DNA of 64,000 nucleotides from Haliotis cracherodii (lineage: Eukaryota): contig NW_027266271.1 of NCBI RefSeq assembly GCF_022045235.1, positions 24,180,001 to 24,244,000 on the forward strand, written 5' to 3'. The translations under genes were made by a program, and so were the position numbers. Of the stretch, positions 1-12,837 are shown piece after piece. The notes below the pieces were generated by a model. It searched no databases and had not been told where the DNA came from. It saw only the letters and a program-made list of their open reading frames with translations. Positions within the stretch are counted from its first letter, which is position 1; the number at the start of each line of letters is the position of its first letter.

Positions 1-1054
1 ATTTTTTCAGGATTAGACAAATATTAAAAATATTTAATACGTTCATCCTATCCTATTTAACCTGTGTCAAATCATACGATGCCCGTCCGAACTTGCTAGC
101 GACATTTGAAATCATTGACTTTATGTTTGTGTCAAAACAAAAGTTTCGTCAATTTCAAATGGTCGTAAATTGAAATGAGTTTTCAAGAAAATGAAGACAT
201 GACTAATTGACAAACAACTGTCTATTCCTGAAAGGTAATAGATCGTTTAAACAGTTATAGAATGGCGCCACATATATATGTCGATCACGCAGTTTAATAT
301 TACCTTAGTTGAACAAAGGATGTCTCTCGATGCTTTTTCACAACGCTAATTACAAGCGCATTGTTGTACCTATGTGTTCGGCGTACAACTCGTGCACCCT
401 TCATCGGAAGTTTCTTTTAATGCTATTATCGTGTTCCCCCGATCGTAGTTACTCGTTTTAAATGCAGAGTTTACAGTCCTTTTCTAGAAACGGGAATACA
501 AACATCCAAATCTGGCTGAAACAAAAGAAATCACAAAACCCATTTTTAACTATTTGCAATGATCAGCAAAAATGTAATGCATTCTGTTCCAATATTTCCT
601 CGCTATAAGTCAATATTTGCAACAGAAAACATGATATATAAATTCAACACACACTCGCTTAACATTTTATGTGTTAAAGTCTCACTATAACACCTGTATT
701 TATTATTACGATGTATGTATCACTGTACACTTCTTAAAATGTATGAATGTGGGTAGATAAGTATTTTAACACCTTTTATACGTTGAATAGGCATGAGCGC
801 AAAACGGTTCAGTTCCGTGTATGAATGTGTGTATAAATGTGGAGAAATAATTGAGTCAAACGGCTTCTTACTGTGTAATATTGGGGACTGTAAAAGACTA
901 CTTAATAATACAACTTCCCTGTCGTATTCCCCTGTGTAAATGTAACTAATCAGGGTAGTGCCGCCATGGTCTCGGACGTTTGGATTGTAGCACTACATCC
1001 ATGACATACATCAAACATCAGTTGATCCAACATACCATGGTATATGGATGTCGG

Positions 1055-1290
1055 CCCCGTGAAGATCCGGGTTTGAACAGGTCTTCAGCAACCCATGCCA
1101 CTCGTAAGAGGCGACTAACATTTGGTGGTCAGGCTTGCTGACTTGGTTTGATGCATCGTATCCCAATTGCATGGTCGATGCTTATGATATCAATAGCTGT
1201 ATTATCTGGTCCAGACTCGATTATTTACAGACTGACGTCATATAGTTTGAATTTTTCTGAGTGCGGCGTTAAACAACAAACAAACAAACA
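1055..1290 (+). mobile_element. SINE-like repeat, (caaa)n-tail family
   Basis: Aligns end to end with 58078-58341. Confidence 0.8.
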
Positions 1291-2788
1291 TGTATGTCGA
1301 AAGTGTGTGCTTCGTCGACACTGCTTGGGTCTTCTTCTAGGACATTCAACAGCACTCGGTCAAACGGTTTATGACTGAATGGTCCCCAAGCGAAGACGAC
1401 CCCGGTAAACTATCTCATAGTTCAGAATTTCAAATGCAACTTAAAGACTTTTGAGCACAGTTTGTACCTTCACCCGATCAAACCAAATAACTCAGATTCA
1501 TTTGGTTGTGTGTCCTTGACATTGACCGATACTTTGGCGTAATTAATCTTGGGGAACCAGCCATTACATATACTTAGTTCACAATACTTAACGCATCGTT
1601 TCGAGATTGATGGCTTTATCATCTACAACGCCGAGTTTCTTCATAGCTGAGGTGTGAGGTGTAATGGGGTTTAACGTTGTCGACGTTCAGGATCATTGCA
1701 CGTATATAGCGACGTAAACGCAGATGGAGTATACTGATTCCGAACCCACCAATACTCATTTTATGCTAGGCAGGGTGACGGCATGTACAATATGTTAACT
1801 TGTCTACTTGTACTGTGCGACCAAGGATCGAACCACTAACCAACCGTTCTCCGGTAAGACCCTCTATGCACTAGACCACACAAGCCTCTTGATTGCTTGA
1901 GGATCCGCTGGTTTTGTGTTCGAATTCTAGATTCATGCTGCCTTAATTGGACAACACAATATCCGTGCGCGACTTCAAAGTGGAAAACTACGAACGTTAA
2001 GCAAACCTCACTGATTGAACTGCAATACTGGGTCACTGAAAATCAGTGATGACACCAGGGAATCGCGAAAAGTGTATTCATATAAAAAAGTAACATTCCT
2101 GGCATACGACGACGGCATGTTAACCCAAATCACTCACCCATGTATCGGGTTCATAACGTCTAATATTCGGAATGATACGAAACAGAATCCTTTACAGTCG
2201 TTATTCCAAAACAAAACTAATTACGAGATCACCCTGCTGTGTTTTGTAATTGAAGGTAGTCTAACTGTAGATTAGATACCCCTTTTTGTCAATTTGGAGC
2301 GGAGCGCTTTAGAAACCTGCTGACACAACCTCATTGCCAACGGAACCACCCTGTAGATGATGAATGCGGCCTCTCATGAACTGAAGGCGACTGAGAAATG
2401 AGACACTGCTCTTTTTTTTAACTTAAATTCTACGGCTTTTATAAACGTTTGTCATTTGTAAGCTATGGGTATTAGTTGAGGTGGTACCATCTCATTTCAG
2501 TCAAGGTTAAGATCAAAGACGTCGCCAAAATTCTGATAATGTTCAGATAGCGATTGTAAGCAGTTCTAATAAGTTATTGGCAGTCATTGTTATATGCATC
2601 GATATGTGGGTTATCAATTGATCGATGTATTCATATGCAATGTTTTTGTGTTAAAGGTTTGTTAATTTTGAGGTATCTGATGGAATGAGATATCTGATTT
2701 GAATCTTATTTTATTATCTAGAATCACGCATGTTTCAGTGTTATGGTAGAATAACCATAAACATATCACCTGTTCATTCTCCTTACAG

Positions 2789-5700
2789 GTATTGTGACGG
2801 TTACTCCAGAAATAGAGGCTCTCACGACAAACCTGCTGTGTTCGAACCAAACTGCCGTGCTTGCAGCTCAACAACAATGCTTGAGTTTGCACAATCTTCC
2901 GCTCAGTATTCAGAACCCTCTGAGTCTGACCACTGGGGACCACAATGCTGTCATAGCGGCCAACACTCTTCTAATAAGCAACACTGTATTAGTGTGCCAG
3001 TGAGTATGCTGTGTCTGTCTGATTGTTTGTTTGTTCTTTAACGTCGTACTCAGTCATATTACAGCTATATGATGGTGGTCTGTAAATAATCGAGTCCGAA
3101 GCAGACATTCCAGTGATTGATGCCATGTGTTCGATCTGCCCAATTGGGATACGATGACATGCATCAACCAAGTTAGTGGGCCTGACCACCCGATCCCGTT
3201 AGTCGTCTGTCACGACAATTCTGGGGCACTGAAGATCAAGTGTAACCCGGATCTTCCCAGGGGCAGTATACTGTGCAGTGGCAGTAAGCTCTAAAGTAAC
3301 TCAGATGGTCATGTGGACCAGGTAACATGTTTAAGTGATTAGACAAATGGAATGTGTACATGAACCGTAAACCCTCGCTTGAAATAACATTTGTTTGTTT
3401 GTTTATATATTTGTAACGCCTCACTCGGCAATACTCAAGCTATATATTATGGTGGCCTGTAAATAATCGATTCTGGACAATCCAGTGATTGATATATATT
3501 CAATCAATCAATCTTTATTCGAGCACTTGAAAGGCCACAGAGCCAAAGGCCCATAGTACATATGGCAGACGTGTTAGGCACAATGTGAACTATTATATAT
3601 ATATGGCCAAGTTTTGTCGGAATTGTCGGAATTTAACAATAGATTGATCTTTGATCATTAAAGTAGAATACAGGAAAATATTTTTTCTGGCAGTGGAGTA
3701 CAATGGACATACAAGTACAAAACCCTTTACCTTGACTATTTCACATTTGAAGGTTTTGTATATCTTTCACTCTCGATGCAAAATCATGGGATAACATCGA
3801 AATATTACCAAGGAATGAGGAAAATTTACATAAAACAGATAGAGTTCAGTGTACATATGCATTTTCAAAATTCTTTTATATAAGAATTTGTTCGATAATG
3901 TCAAGGAAAATGACCATGATTGCAAATAAATGTCTATAACACTCTGTAGAAAAGAACTGATATATTCACTTTCAGATTGTACAATCAGAAATTTCCCAAA
4001 CCACTATTGAATAACAATATTTGCACATCGGTTACCCAGTTATTCTTTCCATTCGTATTCTATAACATCATCATGTTGTAACATTTCACAGAGTACCTCG
4101 ATGAATTCATTTTAAGGAGTTTCAGTCAGTACTTAATAACGTTTAGCTGTGAATATATAAATAGAGGAAATCTACCACATTCTCCATAAACCATTGCTCT
4201 AGATGTGTTGGTTTTTACACCAAGAAACCTTTCACATTTCACATTAAATTGTTTTAATTCCCATATTTCAGCACCATAAAGTAAAATTGGATTAAATTTA
4301 ATATAAAAATTATATATAAAGAATGACTATGATATTGCGAATAACGACCCACGCCTTCGGGTGCAATGACACTCTCTTAACCAAGTCACCGATTCTAACC
4401 ACTCGATCCATTTGGTCGCCTCTTACGGCCAGCATAGGTTGCTGGAAACGTACACCCTTCAAAAAAAGAAACGCACAGGTAGTATGTATTTCATTGAACC
4501 TGACTACACAAATGATCCGGTATATAAATTGGATATATGTTGGAAAATTTTGGTTGCCTGATATTCGACAAACGATACGTCAAAACGCAGCCATTGTCGA
4601 TTTGCAATGTATTAAACGGCATTGTTTTCACACTTGTTCAAAAGTGTCATGGAGGAAAATAGTAAAGCAAAACGGAGGTGCAAGTTATGGCATTCGGGTG
4701 TCAACAGGACAACGCTCCACTGCAAACATCAACGGCTAGCCCTGGCCGTCGACATATCCATATCTCAACCCAATCGAACACCTCTAGGATGAACTCGATC
4801 GACGTGTGCGTCAACGTCAGAACACGCAGAAGACACTCCCACAAATGGCCAACACCTTACTAGCAGACTGGTGCAGAATTGTGCAGGACATAATACGTAC
4901 AATTATCAAGTCAGTGCCGAGTAAATGCACAGCCGCGATTGCTGCCCGGGGCGGTCACACTGAGTTTAGCGTCACCTTGCGGCATTATGTGACATGACAA
5001 TGAACAGTTTTCAATTCCTTTGTACAACGACAACATGTGACTATCGAGCTCAAACATTTCATATTTGTATCTATGATATTAAATTAGATATATCGATTTC
5101 ATTAGGTACAATGAATTTACTAAAAATCTGTGCGTTTCTTTTTTCTATGGAGAACGTATTCTATTCCAAAATCGCAGGGCCCTGAAATATCAAAGATGTT
5201 GCACTTTTCATATTGTATTATTTTGTGTGAGTCAGGGCCAACGTGGACAAATAGATCTTAGTACAGCATTGTGGTACCATGTTAAAATATAGGAATGACA
5301 ATAATGAAAGAAACCGTTCCAGAATCAAAAATATCGAAAAGAAACTGTCCAATGCAGCTGAGATAACACCGGCCTAGAGCTAATTTTTATAAGTTAATGT
5401 CATGACATTTTTCTCGTCCTTTTTTCCCACAAGAAATACTGAGGCTTACTCCAAAGTTGTTCGCTGCCTCCAGTACATCATATACAGCTGCGATGATAAC
5501 AGGAGTATACCCATTGCGGCCTACAGTACATCGGATAACTCGCAGCAGCTGAATGCAACGTGTTCGTTTCTATCAAGTGAGATTTTAGTGTGGCGTGAAG
5601 ACGATCAAATGATTCTTAATCCCTTTTAACCTGACGAATTAAAGTAAGAATTAAGAGAATATTTGGACATTCGCCTGATCAAAGTGTTATCATGACAAAT

Positions 5701-8700
5701 TCATTGACACCTGGAGACATGAAACAGAGCGACACGCCCTTAAAGAGGCAATACATTAAGAATATCAATATCGGGTGTGACCACCATTTGCGTTGATACA
5801 GACGAGGAGGTGCATTGAATACACCAGATGAGTGAAAACAGCATGGGAGACTTTGTTCCAAATTTCAGTCAATAATTCTGACCAACTGAGCTAGCGTTAT
5901 CGGCTGGTTCTGGTCCTGTCGTAGGTGTCTCACTATCTCATCCAAAACACGTTTATGGTCGAGAGGTCTGGAGAAACATCCGGCCATGGAAGTACAACAA
6001 TTTATGTGCCAGGTTCTCCTTACCGCATGTAGTCCCATGCACGACCATCCAAGTTTTCCTGGAAACTTATCTGTGGAATAGTTTACTGTCACAGTCTTTT
6101 GAACCTCAGCTGTTCCAAGTTAGGCGTGCCGGACGGTGACAGGGAAGCAAAATTGGGCGTATCGATGGACGTCGGGGTCGGATGTTGAGCTCCCTCAACC
6201 GGTTGCGTACGGTTCTGCCATAAATTGATCTCAACCGAGATGTGGCAGTTTGGTATCAATTCCATAATGCACCAACAAAATATGGTTGTCTTGTTGACGT
6301 GACGTCACACGTAGATGAATGACACCTTGGCGAGTGTTGACCGCCTATAGATAACGCCACCAAAGAGATGATATTGTGTTGCGATGAACATTAAGATGTC
6401 TGGCAACTTCGTTTTGCGCCATTCCTGTATGGCCCAGCAGTTTAAGGCGCCGCGATTCGCTGTGCAGAGTTGCGCCGCGATATAACTGTAATACTGTTAA
6501 AAGCGGCGTCAAACCCAACTCACTCACTCACTCATACGTTGAGTTTCAGCAAGCCATGGTATTGCATAAAGGTTATCAATTTTAAAGAGAAGTATCTTGA
6601 TGAGGATCTGATAGTTAAACAAACTTTACATGATATTCACGTTAAAAATACACGTGTAGCAGTATCATGCAAACAAACACACAAACATCCAAATTGTGCG
6701 CCGTACATTAATATGCACTTGCAAACTGTGTATCACGACCTTCAAGTCGAGGAGATATCTTAATGAATATGTATTGAAAGATTTTGAATAAATTAATTCT
6801 TTTGAACTTTATATGAAGCACAGTTACTTTTTCTGTTAGTATAGTATACCACTGAGAGACACAAATAATAAATGCAAAAAAAATGGAATATGATTATTTA
6901 TGACTGATTATGTCTACGTTGTATCAGTAATCCCTGTCTCCCGTCTTAGATTTTTGCTTTCGTTGCAGGTAGTCCTGTCGCCTGTGTATACTCTATATTT
7001 ACTCAACTTAATGAGTGTTCACGACAAGCCGTGCAAGAATTTGGTGGAAGTGAAACAGATACGTGTTTGTAAGTTGACAGTTGACAGTTGACTGTCAGGT
7101 GTTGCATTAACTATACATTATTAAGCACATAATGCTTCGAACATTGCATGTAATGGACCATATGACCACACTCCTTAGGCGTGTATTCCCGTTCAGACTG
7201 ACCTGAACTGATCTAATCCCTAACACAGTCACTCCCATATAGTTGAAACACTCAAATCATTTACAGCTAACAAATAAACAAGTGTGCGTGTGCGTGCGTG
7301 TGTGTGTAAGTTTGTGCATGTGTGCGTGTGCGCGCGCGTGTGTGTGTGTCTGTGTGTGTGAACATCATCAATTGTTTTCGGGGATTCATTCATATTTTTA
7401 TAACCGCTATTTTGTTTTTTTAAGCCCAATTCAATCTGTTTTGACGGATAATCAAGACTGATTACTTTCTGATTGTAACGTTTGATATTTCGCTACGTTA
7501 CTAGCAATACTAGCAATAAAAAGGCCCGCAGTACCTTACCTTACGCCTTACTAAATTCGGAAAGGTGGTCATCTATGACTTGTCTTATTGCTTCATCGCA
7601 ACCCGGAGTTGTAGATCTTTGGTCATGCTTTCACTCCTTTGTTAGCTTGGTCCGGGCTCAGTATTACTTGCAGGCCCTCGCGACATAGCTGTGACACTGA
7701 CTGCGGAGTTAACTAAATTCACTTACTCAATCGCTGTATTTCACAAAAACGTTATCTTTATATTTTCAAGTATACTTCAAGTGTAAGTATAGAGTAGGCT
7801 CTGATAGGTTTCGATGCATATGTAATGTATCTATCAAAGGTAAACAATAAAAGGTTCACTCCCTACTCCCCTGTTGGTCTTCCAATACTGCAAGGGGCAT
7901 AAGTAGCCCAGTGGTTTAAGGAGCGGCTCAATGTGCCACGCTGCGTCTCTCATCCGTGACAGCCAGATCCGCGGATCAAGGGTTCGAATCCCAGAATCTC
8001 CTGATCAAGAGCTGTGTTCTGTATCCGATTGTCTCAAAACTATATCCGCGATCATGGGTTTTACCAAAGTGCTAAACGTCTAAGATCTGCATCACTTTGT
8101 GCTTTCCTCACACATTAATGTAATATGCCATAAAATACTGTCCAAAGCTGCGTTGAAAAGTAACTCACTCAATTCACTTATTCCTAGGATGCAGGCTAAG
8201 ACTGATGTTTGTTCATATCCACTGCTGCGGTTATGTGGCGATGCTGCAGTACGCATCTACGAAGATCAAACGAGGAATGATACCGGCTGCAAAAATGAAC
8301 CAGGTATGTTGTTCTTTGTTAATATATATACATTGTTAATCTCATGGTATAAGGTAAGACATAGGTAAGACATAATGAGTTACATCTGTTTCACTGAGAA
8401 TGTCATGAAAAGCGTTTGAATTTGCCCTCAAAATATTTATTTAATATGCTTATCAGTAAGCTACGGCTCAGAATAGTTACCTTAAAATGCGTGGACGTAA
8501 CATGTGTGCGCGTCATACGTAACTCCAGAGCAAGACATCATTCGTTGAAAGCATATAATCAAACGGGGCTGTGGAACCAGCATTTCTCTTTGCGAAAGGA
8601 AGGTGAGGTTACAATTGTCATATTGTTTCTACTGATTGCACATTGTATCATTAGTATTTTACTTATGTGTTCCTTACATAATGTACCTGTTGGTTCCGAA

Positions 8701-11700
8701 CTTAGGTCCTGTATTAAAATACGGAATATAAAGCAAATGTTGGAACCAAAACCAAATTCTTAATTCTTAACCTTGCAGCACTGACAAGGTTGCGGTAGAA
8801 CTGTCAGAACTGACAGATGGTAATCCTTGCGTGTGGGCTCTGTTTCCTTATCACTTATCGTGAAGTAAGAATTACCGGCAGCTTGATGTGTCGTAGTCTG
8901 AAACAACACCCCACAATTCACAAGATAGGCATATGTAATTAAGTACATACACACGAAAACAAAGATAAGTAAGGACTGTCGTTATCATCGAAATATCTCA
9001 TCGCTCCTGGAAGTTGTGCAAAGGTGTTGGACCACTTTGATTAGAGAGTTCAAGAAATGTTACACAGCCAGCGCGTACGATTTCAATATTTTGTGGTAAA
9101 GTCAAGATAATGTCCAGACATGCATGTTCTTTTCTTTGTGTGCGTCACAAATAATCTGCATCATTTATGAGTGTTTTCAAACAATTATGAGCTGTTTCAC
9201 AAATTAAATCAAAAGAAATCTGAAGTTTAGACACTTAGGCATCCCCTTCTCGGGATAGATGAAGCAAAATCGCGGCCTTTTGTCGGTATTTGTGAATGTT
9301 ACACTTGTAAGCATTTGAATAATTATTCCTTGCGATCTATGACCACAGATACAACAGTCGAACTCTCAAATGGACATACGCACCGCGTTGACTGTTCAAC
9401 GACTAAAGGGATACAGGACGGAGCTCTTGACTGCTTATTGTACCATGGTATTTACCTTGAAGTGCCTCAGTTGTCATCACCGGAAGAAACGACGGATTAC
9501 ATACTGAAACGTCTCACAGTGTCCCAATATAGAGACATGTGCAGGTAAAAGTCACATTGTCATGTTGAAAATACAAAATAATAATACTCAAAGAACACAG
9601 TGGGTTCGTTATGAACGACATTTTCTTAATCCGATTTTTATATATCTTTTATATAATAGGGTTTGAAAGCATTTAATGAAACTGGTATTGCATGCTTGCA
9701 CTACGGGGTGCCTTTAATGGTTTCTGGTTTCTTTCTTATGATAATTTTATAGTTTCTACCGACCGATTAGTGAAATGTGTGCGTGTGTGTGCTTGAGTGT
9801 GTGGGTGCGTGCGTGCGTGTGAGTGCGTGTGGGGGCATTCTGTTCACGTTTGCTCCTGTAACATTGTTTATTCGCCTTCTCAGCAACATTTCGGCCTTCC
9901 ATAACGCTGTCAGATGTACCCTTGCTGTCCTGACCCGGTGCAGTCCGTCCAAGCGACACCTGTTTGCTGACCCCCATTCTGCCACTCTCGGAATGACCTC
10001 CTTCTGCGAACACAAGGATTTTAATAGTAGGTGTAATACAAACGCTAAAACACAAATGTTCATTGTTTTAGCATGAAGATTTAGATATGCCTCGGTAGAT
10101 ATTCGAGACTGGTTATTCTCTGGCGTTGACCTTTTGAATTATGTTTTCTTTCAACTTTGGCTTTGGTTGCACACCAGCAATATATGACATTTCTGAGACA
10201 TGTTTTTCCTGAAAATGCAAAGCTTTTCTCCTTTCTCTTGTGTTGCTGATTGTCTTTTTCAGAATTAGTATTTTAAACACATGTATCATTGACATGAGAA
10301 AATGATAATACTGCACATTCTTTTGCAAATCGTGTCAGTGGCGGCTGCTACCGGTAAAGCAGGGCAAAGCAACCATATTGAAAAATCTATTCACGGCCAT
10401 TACTCGGTCCTTTTTGTACTAAATGTAATTAAATGTTGTAATTGTCTAGTCTGTGGCGACCTGCAATAGTTCATATGTTGACCTTGTTTTTACCATGCTC
10501 TTAAAATCTCTCAAAATGCACATCTGGTTCCGTAAACTCCGTCTCTTCTAAAATCGCCAGGCAGGTAGCTTATCTTTGACATACACTTTTTTCCATAGGA
10601 TTCTGTTTAAAACAATATTTATGCAGAGTTTAGAATTTAAGCAGAAAATGTATAAATATTAATTTTTAGTGGCTGTCCTTGTTGGCATCATAAATTACAT
10701 ATCCAGGTGAGCTACAGTGCAGTGGCACTTTTCATTTGGTAGCTCAATTATCAGTTGTTCAGATTTTAGTTTGTATATTTCTTTAAGAAAGACATCAATC
10801 AAGGAAAAAAAACTTTAAATTGATTGTACAATAATTACAATGATTTGGACCTCGAGTTAAGAGTTTATCGTATGTTGTTTTTCTAGAGTTTGCCTCCAGT
10901 TGTGTGATGAACGCCGACCAGAGCACCTGTGAGAAAAGGATGTTTAATTCCAGCACGCCCGAGCAAATATGCAGGTAGATAGATAAAATGTTGATTGAGG
11001 ATATGTCTGACCATTGCATTATTAAAACATGTGCTGCTTTGTAGCTGTTTGATTGGCATTCTAGAAGTTGGTGTGTAAGAAAGTAAACGAACAACTCTAT
11101 GTATAACATTTTTAAGTTGTACGTTTTCTTACTGCGTTGTAGTTATGTGAATATGGGTAATAATTTACTGTTAGTGCTTCGATAAAACAGACCCGTGGTT
11201 ATTCCATTGCAAGATTGGTCCTCTAGTGTCCTAAAGGATGGCCAGACTCTATGACTTGAATATGAGTGTGTAACAGTGCTCCGTGTCCCGTTCCTAATGC
11301 TTTCAAACCCGGGATTCGAACACACAACGACCGGTTTCTGGCAGCTATAGTGTGTCGTCGTAAAGCACCGAGCTGCTGTAATACCTGTTCTTGGATCTAT
11401 CCCCTGACAAGTGATATACCAAAAGTTGTCAAGAATCAGGCAGAACTCGGGGTATTTGTACATGTATATTGATTTACAACTGATTTCGGAGTAACATAAA
11501 TATGTATATTTCTGATGTACGTACAATCTCCTTTAACCTCACGACAGTGACAAGCCAGTGATTGACATCATGAGAATCGATTTACGCAGGATAGGATACG
11601 ATGGCATGCGACAACCAAGGCAGCGAGCCTAACAACCAGATCCCGATAGTCCTACGAAAAGCCCAAATTCTAACCATGAACTTCACGGGGACCCGAGATT

Positions 11701-11986
11701 GGAATAAGGTGTTGAAAGTTTATGAACCTAATTTACTTTTTTTGTACCCCCCAACAGTATCATCCAAACCTTCACCGACTGCATGAAAGCCTCTGTGGAA
11801 TCCTGTGGTCCAAGCACTGCTGAACTGTACACGCACCTGCTGTCATCCCAGGTCCCCGCCCCCTGTGCGCAGGGGGGAAGGACGACCACACCCATCCCCA
11901 AGAGCCGGGCTGGCAAACGTGTGGCTTCAATGTTAATGACAGTACTCGCATTTATATATTCGAGAGTTGGAGTATCTCAGGGGTAA
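2789..11986 (+). CDS. Gene A: 24-Cys, four-module extracellular glycoprotein with C-terminal hydrophobic (GPI-signal-like) tail; 5' signal exon not located
   Basis: Eight GT-AG exons splice into one open frame of ~408 aa: 2789-2999 (IVTVTPEIEALTTNLLCSNQTAVLAAQQQC...VLVC), 5434-5576 (NTEAYSKVVRCLQYIIYSC...NATCSFLS), 6969-7068 (SPVACVYSIFTQLNEC...TDTC), 8188-8303 (MQAKTDVCSYPLLRLCGDAA...TGCKNEP), 9349-9544 (TTVELSNGHTHRVDCSTT...LDC...RDMC), 9884-10026 (NISAFHNAVRCTLAVLTRC...SFCEHKDFN), 10887-10974 (FASSCVMNADQSTC...EQIC), 11758-11986 (IIQTFTDCMKASVESC...APCAQGGRTTTPIPKSRAGKRVASMLMTVLAFIYSRVGVSQG*). Phases 1,2,1,2,1,2,1,2. Three Cys per exon. Sequons NQT, NRS, NAT, NDT, NIS, NSS. Same architecture as B, B' and C. 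Confidence 0.85.
3021..3262 (-). mobile_element. SINE-like repeat, (caaa)n-tail family
   Basis: Reverse complement aligns with 58078-58341. Sits ~20 nt after the exon 2 donor of A. Confidence 0.75.
3500..4320 (-). mobile_element. Degenerate LINE 3' fragment
   Basis: Minus strand gives PILLYGAEIW (~4262-4291) and other decayed post-RT segments. Ends in aataaagattgattgattga. Confidence 0.55.
4451..5158 (+). mobile_element. Internally deleted Tc1/mariner DNA transposon inserted into a SINE
   Basis: Imperfect inverted ends (aaaaaaagaaacgcacag ... ctgtgcgtttcttttttc). Decayed DDE motifs QQDNAP and WPS-x3-LNPIEHL*DELDRRVRQR. The SINE sequence resumes on the other side at a TA. Confidence 0.75.
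5690..6845 (-). mobile_element. Degenerate Tc1-like transposon
   Basis: N-terminal HTH GMAQNEVARHLNVHRNTISSLW (~6360-6425), LDEIVRHLRQ...PITLAQL, and terminal GGHTRY* (~5766-5786). Interrupted by a SINE piece at ~6431-6535. Confidence 0.7.
7282..7359. repeat. Compound (GT)n/(GTGC)n microsatellite; similar tracts at ~9775-9831, 25373-25414, 41014-41066, 46824-46878, 60172-60200, 63158-63184
   Basis: Direct inspection. Confidence 0.9.
7894..8170 (+). mobile_element. Old tRNA-headed SINE carrying the duplication breakpoint
   Basis: A box gtagcccagtggtttaagg, B box ggttcgaatccc, body aaacgtctaagatctgcatcactt...ctttcctcacacatt, and aactcactc tail ending just before the exon 5 acceptor of A. Confidence 0.7.
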
Positions 11987-12672
11987 AACCCGAACAACCT
12001 GAATGTGGACTTTCTTTTGTACTATTTTCTTTTAGTTTCTTAAAATACGTTACAAACTCCACACATACAAATTTCACAACGGGTCAAGGGGCTTTCATGG
12101 CATTTTCGAGCTGTGACGTAATAATATATTTTGATCGAACTTACACATTGAGTTGCTTTTGCATGTGTTTGTGACAGGTGCCACCGGTTGGGCAGGATAT
12201 GCTCACCTTTTCGCGAACACCTGGTATCATTACTATTTAATTGTGATTCATCAACACATGCTCATGATATGATCGGAATTGTATAATCGACTCTGCTTTA
12301 AGCAGAAAGTTCTATTGGATTTGGAAAGGGTTCTGTCGCCCTTATTTACAAACCTCATATTAATATTTGTTTGTGTTATCAGCTAGCACAGAACCCGATC
12401 AGAGACTGAATTCTTGTTCTGTGGTTATCTTAAGTCAAACTACAGCCAATAATTATTTATAATATATAACTCTCGGGTATTTTTATTGATTTTTATCCTC
12501 AGAAGGTCATGTTTGAAAAATATTACACTTCTAAACATGGGTTAGCATTGCAAAATACCTGGACAAACCAGGAAAACACAGGAATAACAAACCTTAAATC
12601 AACTTTGATGTAAATATTTGAACATATTTAATCTCCCTTTAAGCTACGTGAAGCTGTAACTGACAATCTTCA

Positions 12673-12736
12673 TCAGCCAATTACGACTGATCCAGCGGTC
12701 AGACACATAGACGGCGATTGGCTACGCAGGAGGTCT
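12673..12736 (-). pseudogene. Displaced 3' half of the original B-type last exon
   Basis: Translates DLLRSQSPSMCLTAGSVVIG*, matching the B' C-terminus (28269-28333). Lies ~100 bp downstream of the current B stop codon. Confidence 0.8.
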
Positions 12737-12837
12737 TGCGCATGTAATTTATATATTTATATATGCATATATGTATGGTTGAATCATTGGTTAACTGCAG
12801 TACAATCGCGTATTTATACTGTCATGTAGGATTTTTG

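Noticed and set aside
1780-2680. Candidates for exon 1 (signal peptide) of gene A, e.g. MYNMLTCLLVLC at 1783 with a donor at 1854, LWVLVEVVPSHFSQG near 2463-2506, KLLAVIVICI near 2571
   Set aside because: None combines an in-frame ATG, an open hydrophobic stretch and a phase-1 GT donor. Exon 1 may be outside the window or degenerate.
7229-7461. Cys-Val and His-Thr rich ORFs (also 9756-10063, 46744-46929, 63105-63352)
   Set aside because: These are translations of (GT)n/(GTGC)n microsatellites. Only 9884-10026 on the + strand is a supported exon.
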